Source: Macrostomum lignano
Lineage: Eukaryota
Length of the DNA stretch: 64,000 nt
Assembly (NCBI GenBank): GCA_002269645.1
Contig: NIVC01000943.1
Coordinates: 19,845-83,844, forward strand
Direction of reading: 5' to 3'
Shown here: in pieces, positions 1-13,431 of the stretch
Position numbering within the stretch: the stretch's first letter is position 1
How the letters are laid out: every line of letters begins with the position of its first letter
Position numbers and translations under genes: made by a program
Notes under the pieces: generated by a model
What the model saw: only the letters and a program-made list of their open reading frames with translations
Database searches by the model: none
Told to the model about the DNA's origin: nothing

Positions 1-1
1 A

Positions 2-1668
2 GACGCATTCGACTTTGACCAGCTGCACCAGACTCTCAGCGATGTCCGCTCGGGCAAGACCGTCTCTGTGCCGCTGTACAACAAGGCCGCCAACCAGCAG
101 GACCCAGCCAAGCAGAAGGATTTGGCGCTGGTTGACGTGCTGCTGGTTGAGGGCATCCTGCTGTTCTACTGCTCAAAGGTGCGCTGTGGCTGCTGGGCAG
201 ACATAGACAGACACAGACAGGCAGGCAGGCAGGCAGGCAGACAGACAGGCAGGCAGGCAGGCAGGCAGACAGACAGACAGGCAGGCAGGCAGACACAAAC
301 AGACGGACAGACAGACTGACAGATAGACAGACAGACAGACAGACAGACAGGCAGACACTAAGACAGACAGACAGACACTAAGACAGACAGACAGGCAGAC
401 AGACACAGACAGACTGACAGACAGACACAGACAGACAGAAAGACAGACAGACACTAAGACAGACAGACAGACACTAAGACAGACAGACAGGCAGACAGAC
501 ACTAAGACAGACAGACACAGACTGACAGACAGACACAGACAAACAGAAAGACAGACACAGACAAACAGAAAGACAGACTTTAACTCAGAAAAAGTTATTT
601 TCCATATTAATTTAAGTGACACTACGCAGACAAACTACTGAAAAAGTAGACGCTCTGCTTTTTATTAGCTTTAATCGTGATTGGCACATCTGATTACTCG
701 AGCATATAGTTTCCCTTTGCATTTATTGTACACCTGCTTAGGTTAATGTTGAAGCTTCACCATCGCCAACTGCAACTCCGCTTGTTAGGTTCGCGATCTG
801 CTGGACGTGAAACTGTTTGTTGACTGCGACTCCGACACTCGACTGGCCCGAAGAGTCCGAACCGACCTGAATCAGGGCAGGTAATGGCAGGGTCCGCGCT
901 ATTTTCGTTGATGTTATAAATTTGCTACCGTCACGTGTTAATAGCTAGCAGGCTTAGAGCGGTGACCTGCGCGTGTACTCCCACAACGGCCTTAATGTGT
1001 ACACCAAACACCACATAGGATAGTGACCTTAATGTGTTCACCTAACACCACACAGGATAGTGGCAATGTGTTCACCTAAAACACAGGGTAGTGACCTTCA
1101 TGTGTACACCGAACAGCACATGGGCAGTAACCTTCATTTGTACACCGAAAACCATGGGCAGTGACCTTCATTTTTACTCCGGGCCGAACACACTTGGTCA
1201 GTGATTTTCATTTTTACACAAAAAACAACGGGCAATTGACCTTCATTTGTACACCGAACAGCACATAGAATAGTAGAAGACTTCATGAGTACAACAAACA
1301 GCACATTGGGCAGTGATCTTCATGTGTACACCAACGCTACAAGGGCAGTGACCTTCATGTGTACCCTCTACCGTCGCAGAGACCTGGAGACGGTACTGCA
1401 GAGCTACACCAGATTCGTGAAGCCGGCCTTCGAAGAGTTTTGCCAGCCAACTAAAAAGTACGCGGACCTCATACTGCCCCGCGGCGCGGACAACTCAGTC
1501 GCCGTGGACATCATGGCGTTGCACGTCCGCGACTGTGTCCAAGGCGCTGGCGCCTCCGGACAGCCGGGAGGGCTCGGCGGCGGCGGACAGCCCGGCCGGA
1601 GACAGCGCTCGCTTCAGCGGCACCTGTCCGAGTCAACGAACAAGCTGCAAGCGGCCCGGCCGCACTGA
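2..1668 (+). CDS. UCK: Uridine-cytidine kinase, 3' part; exons <2-178, 789-880, 1380-1668
   Basis: Spliced translation: [12 protein letters not shown]...[11 protein letters not shown] / [23 protein letters not shown] / [39 protein letters not shown], all UCK-family motifs. GT/AG sites at 179, 788, 881 and 1379 have matching phases (0, 2). UCK1 vs UCK2 cannot be resolved. The 5' end lies outside the window. Confidence 0.93.
198..580. repeat. (GACA/GGCA)n microsatellite in a UCK intron
   Basis: Directly visible tetranucleotide run. Confidence 0.95.
960..1365. repeat. Degenerate ~36-bp minisatellite in a UCK intron
   Basis: Recurring gtgaccttcatgtgtacaccgaacagcacatgggca-like units ending just before the 1379 acceptor. 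Confidence 0.85.
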
Positions 1669-2098
1669 CCGTGACCTGACTTGACCTCACGCGGCAATGT
1701 ACAGAGTCAGAGTCTGAACATGCTTTGCTAAGTTTAGCCAAGGATTCGACCCGTCAGCAATGTTCTGAAAAAAATTTGAAGGCTCAAATCTCGTTCACAA
1801 TGCACGAAAGCGAGACAAGAAAATTCAGTTTTTTATGCCGTGACCTGCACATTAAGTATGTGTGTGTTTTGAGGCACATGTACCAGTTTGACAAATTATA
1901 TCGACTAAACTAGGATAAGCAGATATGTCACCCGATTGGAGATGTGAAAAGCAGAGCGTATACCCATTTCTTTTCAGTAGTTTGTCTGATCTGTGTCACT
2001 CAAATTTAATGTGGTAGCTAAAATTTCCTTTCCTTCCTTGGGGTTTGGTGGCCTTAGAAGCATACGGGGTTAAGATTGAACAACAAGCATTTAAGTTA

Positions 2099-2505
2099 GA
2101 CGGACGAGACTCAGCCTAGAGAGGGGCAGGCCCAATCTGGCTCAGCCAATGAGAGAGCAGTAAGCAGAGAGGTCAAAGTCAGACGGACGAAACTCAGTCT
2201 AGGGGGCAGGCCCAATCTGGCTCAGCCAATGAGAGAGCAGTAAGGAGAGAGGTCAAAGTCAGACGGACGAAACTCAGTCTAGGGGGCAGGCCCAATCTGG
2301 CTCAGCCAATGAGAGAGCAGTAAGGAGAGAGGTCAAAGTCAGACGGACGAAACTCAGTCTAGGGGGCAGGCCCAATCTGGCTCAGCCAATGAGAGAGCAG
2401 TAAGGAGAGAGGTCAAAGTCAGACGGACGAAACTCAGTCTAGGGGGCAGGCCCAATCTGGCTCAGCCAATGAGAGAGCAGTAAGGAGAGAAGTCGAAGTC
2501 AGACA
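2099..2505. repeat. 80-bp tandem repeat, ~5 copies, two CCAAT motifs per unit
   Basis: The unit agacggacgaaactcagtct...ggtcaaagtc recurs at 2181, 2261, 2341 and 2421. Confidence 0.95.
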
Positions 2506-3434
2506 CAAGCGGGCAAGAGGAAAGCCAAACTGTTTATCGACTGGCTGAGTGCCAGTTTAAAAAAATTCTTTTTACATAATTTCGAGTCTGAGACAGTTTG
2601 GAGTCGGTAACAGGATGAAGATACTAATTTAATTGGTCTGATTTTGGAAAGCTAGAGGTGTTTTTTAGAGCTTATAAACGGTAAATGTCTTGAAAATTTT
2701 AATGGGTTTTCATTCATACTATTGTAAAGACAAACAACGCCAATTATGCTATTGAAAATAGACTAAGAAGTAGAGAAGGAAATTTTTGCTAGTTACATAT
2801 CTACTTATTCTGGCATCTAATTTTGCCGCGATATTCGGGCCTTCAATTGAATTTGAATGTTTCTGCGGTGCTGCGCGTCCTTGGATTTCATAGTTTTCTC
2901 GGCTTTGCAAAAATGTCTTATGAGAGTCATCGGGTTTTACAGATGCCATTCTGTAGCGGATTTTTCAGAAATGGATTCGCAATGTATGCATATTCATAGC
3001 GGGCCGCTGGGCCCTCAAAAAATGTTTTTTTAAGCTCAGCTTGCTGACGTTATCTGATTATAAGTAGCAGATTTGTCTATAGTGAAATAGAAATTGTGGT
3101 TTATCTTGTAGCTTATTAAAATTTGTTGTTTTACGAGTACTGAACTGCTTAAGCAGCATATACTAATTACAGGATTAAACGCACTTGGCTCTAATATAAT
3201 AGCTTTATTAAAAAAATTCGAACTGAATAGTCATGCCTTTGTATTGCTTTTTTTATAGTGTTCTGTTGTATGGAAGACGCTGGAGATAGCAGAGAGGTTT
3301 CTGAAGACTTAACGACCGAATTGGGCCTTTACGTCGTGGAAGCAATTTGCATAACCTTTTTGAACTTCGAAGAGCTTATGAAGCTTTTATGTATGCTCTT
3401 GATCTAGGGGTTTCCAAAAGGCTATTGGCATAAG

Positions 3435-4398
3435 GCGATTGTCAAATCGTTAAACAATTGTCAGGCGATTGTCAAACAATGGTCAGGCGATTGTCAAACA
3501 ATGGTCAGGCGAGTGTCAAACAATAGTCAGGCAATTGTCAAACAATTGTCAGGCGAGTGTCAAACAATGGTCAGGCAATTGTCAAACAATTGTCAGGCGA
3601 GTGTCAACAATGGTCAGGCAATTGTCAAACAATTGTCAGGCGAGTGTCAAACAATGGTCAGGCAATTGTCAAACAATTGTCAGGCGAGTGTCAAACAATT
3701 GTCAGGCGATTGTCAAACAATGGTCAGGCGAGTGTCAAACAATGGTCAGGCGAGTGTCAACAATGGTCAGGCAATTGTCAAACAATGGTCAGGCGAGTGT
3801 CAAACAATGGTCAGGCAATTGTCAAACAATGGTCAGACGAGTGTCAAACAATGGTCAGGCGAGTGTCAAACAATGGTCAGGCGAGTGTCAAACAATGGTC
3901 AGGCGAGTGTCAAACAATTGTCAGGCGATTGTTAAACAATTGTCAGGCGATTGTCAAACAATGGTCAGGCAATTGTTAAACAATGGTCAGGCGAGTGTCA
4001 AACAATGGTCAGGCGAGTGTCAAACAATGGTCAGGCGATTGTTAAACAATTGTCAGGCGAGTGTCAAACAATGGTCAGGCAATTGTCAAACAATGGTCAG
4101 GCAATTGTCAAACAATGGTCAGGCAATTGTCAAACAATGGTCAGGTGATTGTCAAACAATGGTCAGGTGATTGTCAAACAATGGTCAGGTGATTGTCAAA
4201 CAATGGTCAGATTGTCAAAAAATGGTCAGGTGATTGTCAAACAATTGTCACGAGATTGTCAAACAATTGTCAAGCGATTGTCAAAAAATTGTCAGGAGAT
4301 TGTCAAACAATTGTCACGAGATTGTCAAACAATTGTCACGAGATTGTCAAACAATTGTCAGGCGATTGTCAAACAATTGTCAGGCGATTGTCAAACAG
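3435..4398. repeat. 22-bp minisatellite (tgtcaaacaatggtcaggcgag)
   Basis: Directly visible. It produces the repetitive ORFs in all three + frames. Confidence 0.95.
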
Positions 4399-5772
4399 CG
4401 CGGGGGAGCTAACTCAAGAGCTCGAAACTTCGCAGCGTCGATCGAGTTCACTCAAGTTGTGAGGCCGCCTCAAATTAAACAAGACAATTTTTAAGCGATG
4501 CTGCTAATCCAGGAATTTGATGAGGAATGTTTTGTTTAAGCTCACGAGTACATTTTAGAAGATTTTTATCGGCACAACTGCAAGTCGGCGGGAGGAAAAT
4601 AACTTTGAACTCGGCTGGTCGCTTGCACGCGGTTCCCGCAGGTCTGCGGTAGACAGTTGAATCACGAAACTCATTGCGAGCGATCATTTCGCTTCACTTC
4701 GTTTGGGGACGGAAATGAATAAGATCGTTGGCTGTCTGTTTCATAACAGCACGATGAGGAGACACTTTTTTCAACTTTCTACACAATCGCACATTTGGCT
4801 CCTACATGCAATATTGGACTACTGGCAGTAGGCCACCTGCGTTTTTTGACAATAATCTTTTTCTTGTAGATTTGAGAATTATTATTACTAATTGTGGAAA
4901 TATTTTTTTCCATAAATTCGTCTTGTACTTTGGTTTTAACTTTTTGGGTTGTAGATCATTTTCCTGACAGAATTTGAACTCTTATTCTGCAGTGCCAGAC
5001 AATCTGAGAGAGTCACGTGCTCCATTTCGAGATTGGAGATCTCATGCAGCCAATCAGAATCGAGCTAGCCAGCCCGGGCCCGTCCAATCAGAAAATTCTT
5101 GGCAATTGTTATTGTATATCAAAATAGTTTCGCAAATATTATCTTCTATCTGGGCCATCCTATCTGGGCATTCCCACAGATTTACGTAAAAATTGTGAAC
5201 TAAAAGATTTTCATGATGAAAATAATTTCTTCCTCACGTGTGGCTGGGACGTCATGGTTTAGTGCAGTGACTGTCAGGCTCATCAGCTTTTAATTCCCAA
5301 TTTGACAGTGCCAAATTACTAGGTAGGTTACTAGCGCATTTTAGATAAGGATTACAATCACTAAGAACAAAAAAATCCGATCTAACTGGCAGCGCCTTTT
5401 GCTGTGCATGTGCGATGAAAACAAGCCAACTCATAAAAGTGGGTCAAGAACACTTGCCCAAGAGGTGTGTTGAGCGGCAGAGCTTCAGGTGCACCTCCAT
5501 ACTCTTCGGGACTGGGGGCGGGCAGCAGACGAGAAGAGAAGCTGCGCACCCCGCGGCTCTCCCCCCAAGCTAAAACTGAGCCTTGGCTGGCCGTGCAGCG
5601 GAAGACTGGGGGGGGGGGGGGTCAGAGAAGCAGAGAAACGAGACACGGTGCTGGAAGCAGCACTTGGCAAACTCTTGCATTTAAGCCTGTACTCAGCAAG
5701 CCAGCTCAGCACAGCCGCAGACTCTACGCCTCATCTTCCAATTTGCACTGCCGGCTCTCTTGTCGCTGCTGC

Positions 5773-6927
<1,155 letters not shown>

Positions 6928-7676
6928 CGGCGCATTCCACGTAATTAATCGATCCATTCTATGAACTGTGATGATATTTAACTTGCTAGTACACTGAATT
7001 CTAAATATAATTTTAAGACGATCGAGTATTTACGAAAATAGCATCTATGTAGGCTCAAATCTTGTCGCTTCGTTGTTGCTTTTAATATCTTAACTTTGTA
7101 CATGTACACAATTCGAGCGTCTGCATACATGTACATGTACATATTGTCTGTCAGAGATCAGAATCTGCGGCTTTGGTTTAACTGGAGAACCATGTTGCGA
7201 ATATATAAATACACGAATGCTATATACACAAATGACTCTGGGCCCACTGGGTCCGAGTCTTGGGTGGTTATGTACGACCTAATTACATGTCATAGGTTAC
7301 ATGTACATGTAACTGATTTAAATGGATTATAGCGTAGCCGGCCTGCTGCTACTAATTGTATACATGCAGTTAGCGCTATAGGGTCTGACAACTGTAGTAG
7401 CTAGGATCAGACACTTTCAATACTGCAAGTACGATTGAGCAAAAATGCCGAGCATGAACTTACTGCAGGTACAGCTTATGTATAGAATGTATAATGTACA
7501 TGTACATATGTATGATATAGACACTCGTTAAAATTGCAAATCTGGGAAAAGATCGAATCTGCAGTCCAAGAAAAACGCAGTCTCGCGCAGTCCAGTCGGT
7601 GCATCGCTTGAACCACTTGCATGTAAATTCCAATTGTAATATTATGGTCCGCAAATTTTGTCATGACTAGCGATGA

Positions 7677-7766
7677 CTAGCGATAGCGATTGCATTCAGC
7701 ATTTTGCAGATGGCTTGCCGAGATTTGTGAAAGTTAATTCTCATGCATGTTGCTTTATAGTATAGA
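7677..7766 (-). mobile_element. Possible 90-bp mini-Helitron abutting copy B
   Basis: The minus strand starts TCTATACTATAAAG directly after the CTAG of copy B and ends ...GCTATCGCTAG|T. The 3' hairpin is not convincing. Confidence 0.4.
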
Positions 7767-9457
7767 CTAGCAATCTTCGCCCCCCGATGGGGGACATCTA
7801 GATAGAATCTCTGTTCTCTACAAGTATCAATAAGATGGCCAAACAAAGCCTTCACATAGTCAATAGAAAAACTGCTCAGATGAAGTGCAATGCAAAAAGA
7901 AAACATCCTAAGACAGCAAGCATCCCCCCAGTTAGCAAGCACCCCCAGATAGCAAGCACCCCCCAGATAGCAGGCATCCCCAGTTAGCAAGCACCCCCAG
8001 ATAGCAAGCATCCCCCAGATAGCAAGCACCCCAGATAGCAAGCACCCCCAGATAGCAAGCACCCCAGATAGCAAGCATCCCAGATAGCAAGCACCCCCAG
8101 ATAGCAAGCACCCCCAGATAGCAAGCAACCAATTGATAGCAAGTATTGATCTTTAAATAGCAAGCATCCACCGAACAATAAGTAGCAAGTGCAACAATTT
8201 CCTTAGCTTTATAATGGCTCCTTTGTGATTGGCATGACGCTTCTTTTTACGTTTAAAACTGCGTCTCCTATGTTCGACATGGCGGCTTTTTATTGTTAGA
8301 CATGGTGGCTCTTCTATGTTTGACATGGTGGCTCTTCTATTTTTGACATGGTGGCTCTTTAATGTTCGACATGGTGGATCTTTAATGTTTGACATGGTGG
8401 CTCTTTAATGTTCGACATGGTGGCTCTTTAATGTTCTACAAGGTGGCCCTTTATTGTTCGACATGGTGGATCTTTTTTGTTCTACATGGTAACTCTTTTA
8501 TGTTTGATACGGTGGCTTTTTAATGTCTTACATGTTGGCTCTTTTATGTTTGACATGGTGGCTCTTTAATGTTCGACAAAGTGGCTCTTTTATGTTTGAC
8601 ATGGTGGCTCTTAATTGTTTGACATAGTGGCTCTTTAATGTTCAAAATGGTGGCGCTTTAATGTTCGAAATGGTGGCTCTTTAATGTTCGAAATGGTGGC
8701 TGTTTTATGTTTGACATGGTGGCTCTTTTACGTTTGACATGGTGGCTCTTTAATGTTCGACATGGTAGCTCTTTAATGTTCGACATGGTAGCTCTTTTAT
8801 GTTTGACATAGTAACTCTTTTATGTTCGATATGTTGGCTCTTTTATGTTTGACATTGCGCTTCTTTGATGTTTAGCAGTTTTGTTGTTTTTTTAAGGTGT
8901 TTTAATAAAAAAAAATCTTTTTTGCACTACTAAGATTCGAACCCAGGTCGCTACATTAGCATTCCAGTCTGTTCGCATCAGGGCTATCTTTTTTCAATTG
9001 GAGAACATGAATTGTGGCCCTTATAATTCAATTCTTACAGCAAGTCAATTGGAGTAAAAAGTTATGACATAATCAATTTCTCAGTCAGCCAGAAACAGTC
9101 TCAATTTAAGTTGGCAATATGGTTACGCAATTTCATTCAAGTCGTGTGTGCATTGCTTTGACACTGTTTTCAACTTGTTGTGATGCAATCTTTAGCACAA
9201 TCGGAATTCAGTCAGTCAGTTTTTTCTCTAGCATTCTTACAATGCATTTCAAGTCGAAAATTTGGCTTGACCTTTGCAAAAAAGCATGTTTTTCGAATAT
9301 TTAATCCCTTTAACATTGAGCAATTTCTTAGCCAGGATGCATGTACCGTGCCAGGAAAATTTCTGATCAAATGGTGCAAGTTTGAAGAAAATCGGTTGAG
9401 CCATTTTTTCTGAAATCTATCGCATACCCACAGACAACTCATTTTTAGTATATAGGA
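7767..9457 (-). mobile_element. Non-autonomous Helitron, copy B
   Basis: On the minus strand it starts TCCTATATACTAAAAATG (9457) and ends with a CCCCC-ATC-GGGGG hairpin about 10 nt before CTAG (7770-7767), followed by T. Internal ~20-bp and 22-bp satellite arrays. No Rep/helicase ORF. Confidence 0.85.
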
Positions 9458-9584
9458 CTAGCAATCTTTGCCCCCCGATGGGGGACATCTGGATAGAATC
9501 CTTGTTTTTTACAAATAACAAATAGACAGCGAAATAAAGCCTTCAGAAAAAACAACAGACATTCCCTCTTAAAAACAAAACATC

Positions 9585-10110
9585 CCAAGACAGCAAGCAT
9601 CCTCAGACAACATTCAAGCATTGATCCCCAAATAGCAAGCATCCCCCAGACTGCAAGCATCCCCCAGATAGCAAGCATCCCCAGATAGCAAGCATCCCTC
9701 AGACTGCAAGCATCCCCCCGATAGCAAGCATTCCCCCAGACCCCAGATAGCAAGCATCCCCCAGATAGCAAGCATCCCGCAGATAGCAAGCATCCCCCAG
9801 ATCGCAAGCATCCCCAGATAGCAAGCATTCCCCCAGACCCCAGATAGCAAGCGTCCCCCAGATAGCAAGCATCCCGCAGATAGCAAGCATCCCCCAGATA
9901 GCAAGCATCCCGCAGATAGCAAGCATCCCCCAGATAGCAAGCATCCCCCCCCCAGATAGCAAGCATCCCCCAGACAGCAAGCAACCCCTGATAGCAAGCA
10001 TAACCTGGATACAAAGATACCTTATAGATATCTAGCAACCCCCTCTCAGATAGCAAGTACTCTCCACCCCCAAGAGCAAGCATCCCCCTGATAGCAAGTA
10101 TCCATCCTTA
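9585..10110. repeat. ~18-20-bp satellite (gatagcaagcatccccca) inside Helitron A; homologous array at ~7910-8170 in Helitron B
   Basis: Directly visible. Confidence 0.93.
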
Positions 10111-10249
10111 AATAGCAAGCATCCACCAGAGAACAAGTAGCTAGTGCAACAATTTCCTTAGCTTTATAATGGTTTCATTTTGTTTGGCATGACACTTCTT
10201 TTATGTTTGAAATAGGGTCTCTTTTTTGTTTAAAAAAGTGGCTTTTTAA

Positions 10250-11945
10250 TGTTTGACATGGTAGCTCTTTTGTGTTTGACATGATAGCTCTTTAATGTTG
10301 GACGTGGTGGCCCTTTTGTGTTTGACATGGTAGCTCTTTAATGTTTGACATGGTGGCTCTTCTATGTTTGCCATGGCGGCCCTTTTACGTTTGAAATGGT
10401 GTCTCTGTTATGTTTGACATGGTGGCTTAGTTGTTTGACATGGTGGCTCTTCTATGTTTGACATGGTGGCTCTTCTATGTTTGACATGGCGGCCCTTTTA
10501 CATTTGAAATTGTGTCTTTTTATATTGGGCATAATGGCTCAATAATGTTTTGACATGGTAGCTCTTTTATGTTTGATATGGTGGCTCCCTTATGTGTGAC
10601 ATGGTGTCTTTTTTATTTTTAATGTTTGACATGGAGTCATATATGTTTGACATGGAGTCATATATGTTTGACATGGAGTCATATATGTTTGACATGGTGG
10701 CTCTTTAATGTTTGACATGGAGTCACGTATATGTTTGACATGGTGGCTCTTTAATGTTTGACATTGAGTCACGTATATGTTTCACATGATGGCTCTTTTA
10801 TATTTTACATGGTGGCTCTTTTATGTTCGACATGGCTGATCTTGAATGTTTGACATGGTGGCTCTTTAATGTTTGACATGGTGGCTCTTTAATGTTTGAC
10901 ATGGTGGCTCTTTTATGTTTGATATGGTGGCTCCTTAATGTTGAACATGGTGGCTCTTTAATGTTCGACATGGTGGCTCTTTTATGTTTGACATGATGGC
11001 TCTTTTATGTTTGACATGGTAGATCTTTTATGTTTGACATGGTGGCTCTTAAATGTTTGAAATGTTGTCTCTGTTATGTTCGACATGGTGTCTCTTGAAT
11101 GTTTGACATGGTGGCTCTTTAATGTTTGACATGGTGGCTCTTTTATGTTCGACATGGTGGCTCTTTTATGCTCGACATGGTGGCTCTTTAATGTTTGACA
11201 TGGTGGCTCTTTAATGTTCAACATGGTGGCTATTTTATGCTCGACATGGTGGCTCTTTTATGTTTGACATGGTGGCTCTTAAATGTTTGAAATGTTGTCT
11301 CTGTTATGTTCGACATGGTTTCTCTTGAATGTTTGACATGGTGGCTCTTTAATGTTTGACATGGTGGCTCTTTTATGTTTGACATGGTGGCTCTTTTATG
11401 CTCGACATGGTCGCTCTTTTATGTTTGACATGGTGGCTCTTAAATGTTTGAAATGTTGTCTCTGTTATGTTCGACATGGTGGCTCTTTTATTTTTGACAT
11501 GGTAGCTCTTTTATATTTTACTTGGTGGCTCTTTAATGTTTGACATGGTGGCTCTTCAATGTTCAAAATGGTGGCTCTTTAATGTTCGACATGGTGGCTC
11601 TTTAATGTTTGACATGATGGCTCTTTTATGTTTGAAATGTTGTCTCTGTTATGTTTGACATAGTGGCTCTTTAATGTTCGACATGGTGGCTCTTTTATGT
11701 TTGACATGATGGCTCTTTTATGTTTGAAATGTTGTCTCTGTTATGTTCGACATGGTGGCTCTTTAATGTTTGACATGGTGGCTCTTTAATGTTTGACATT
11801 GAGTCACGTATATGTTTCACATGGTGGCTCTTTTATGTTTGAAATGGTGGCTCTTTTATGTTTGACATGGTGTCTCTTCTGTGTTCTACATGGTGGCACT
11901 TTTTTTGTTTGGCATGGTGGCTCTTTTATATTTGACATTGCGCTT
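10250..11945. repeat. 22-bp satellite (ttgacatggtggctctttaatg) inside Helitron A; homologous array at ~8270-8870 in Helitron B
   Basis: Directly visible. Confidence 0.95.
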
Positions 11946-12000
11946 CTTTTATGTTTAGCATTTTGTGTTTTAAAGTGTTTTAATAAAAAAATGTTTTTGC

Positions 12001-12064
12001 ACTACTAAGATTCGAACCCAGGTCGCTACATTAGCAGTCCAGTCTGTTCGCATCTTGGCTATCT
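12001..12064 (-). other. Degenerate tRNA-Ser(GCT)-like / Pol III A-box-B-box module within the Helitron (second copy ~8927-8989)
   Basis: Minus strand reads TAGCCAAGATG...CTGGA-CTGCTAA-TGTAG...GGGTTCGAATC: A-box-like start, a GCT anticodon loop in a 4/5-paired stem, and a T-loop/B-box. There is no complete acceptor stem, so it is not a functional tRNA. Confidence 0.5.
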
Positions 12065-13431
12065 CTTTTCAATTGGAGAACATGTATTGTGGCCCTTATA
12101 ATTCAATTCTTATAGCAAGTCAGTTAGAGTAAAAAGTTATGACATAATCAATTTCTCAGTCAGCCAGTATCAGTCTCAATTCAAGTTAGCAATATGGTTA
12201 CGCAATTACAATCAAGTCTTGTGTGCATTTTTTCGACACTGTTTTCATCTTGTTGTGATGCAATCTTTATCACAATTGAAATTCAGTCAGTCAGTTTTTT
12301 CTTTCGCATTTTTACAATTCATTTCAGGTCGAAAGAGCTGCTTGACCTTTGCAAAAAAGCATGTTTTTCGAATATTTAATCCCTTTAAAATTGAGCAATT
12401 TCTTAGCCAAGATGCATGTACCGTCCCAGGAAAATTTCTGATCAAATGGTGCAAGTTTGAAGAAAATCGGTTGAGCCACTTTTTCTGAAATCTATCGCAT
12501 AGCTAGTTAGTTACAGACATTTCATTTTTAGTATATATGATGCAGTAATAGCGATACGAGCGTAATTGATATGGTCGGCGTAAGAGTATTTTTCTATGGT
12601 TTGTCGCGCACAGAGGAATGCAGAATTATTTTAATGGGGCCGATCCAGAAAACTCTTGGGAGGGGGGGCGATTACACACACAGTCTATTATTATACAGGC
12701 ATACATTATGCAGCCGTTTTCCAAAATCAGTTTAAATTTCGTCAAAACAAGCCAAAAGATATGATTTTTTTGGCCACACTGGATTTACCATTGCTATGTG
12801 TCCTATCCCATTGGCAATTTGTCAACTCCCCTTTAACATGTTCATTGCAAAACTAAAAGTAGACTATTCAATATTTCTACTCTACGGAGTGGTTACGCAA
12901 ACATAGGTTAACAAGCATTCGGTATGTAACCGGGACTAGTTTAGTTTGTAAATAATTTTATACGTATACTTAAATTTATTTTCTATAAATTATAATAGTA
13001 TTTTGTGTCATGTAACTTGGTAAAATTGTGCTTGCAAACAAACATTGTTTTTAAATAAGAAAAAAGTGCGTGCTCCAAACACGTACGTTAAGTCGGCCTC
13101 GCAAAGCGTCAAGTTAACAGCTGACCGTATACAGGCAAGAATTAAACACTCGCGTCGCACCCACGCACGAGCTAATTCGTTCGGCATTGGACTTGTTAAA
13201 TTGAGGGTTTCTTTCTTTGGAATTTTTATATTTCCTTTAAGGTTCCTTTTCAGATACGAACTATACTAATTCTATTGATCGCATCGTAATCGTGGCATTT
13301 AACTTGACTGACATAGTTCTAGAAATTCAAGCTTTAAACGAAGATAAGTAAAGCTGCTCGTCGCCTTTCGCGTCATCATTTAACTTTTTCCACTAAATTA
13401 ATATTTACTGACTCTCAGCTGTGAGCACAAC

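Larger units (their letters stand above)
9458..12540 (-). mobile_element. Non-autonomous Helitron, copy A (same family as B, expanded arrays)
   Basis: On the minus strand it begins A|TCATATATACTAAAAATG at 12540 and ends hairpin + CTAG at 9461-9458. Its ~570-bp 5' block (11970-12540) is clearly homologous to 8900-9457 of copy B. Confidence 0.87.

Noticed and set aside
3264-4462. Possible small spliced gene (ATG ~3265, donor ~3390, acceptor ~4398, ending ELETSQRRSSSLKL*)
   Set aside because: The candidate donor is phase 1 but the acceptor needs phase 2, and there is no recognisable homology.
3469-4494. Several 65-233 aa ORFs in all + frames (also the repetitive ORFs at 19193-20072, 26324-26739, 27755-28104, 28772-30215, 38802-39117, 39718-40597, 42716-43357 and their duplicates)
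   Set aside because: They are translations of stop-free tandem repeats, open in multiple frames or strands, and mostly inside introns.
8927-8989. Functional tRNA gene
   Set aside because: No acceptor stem or full cloverleaf can be formed. Reported only as a tRNA-like module.
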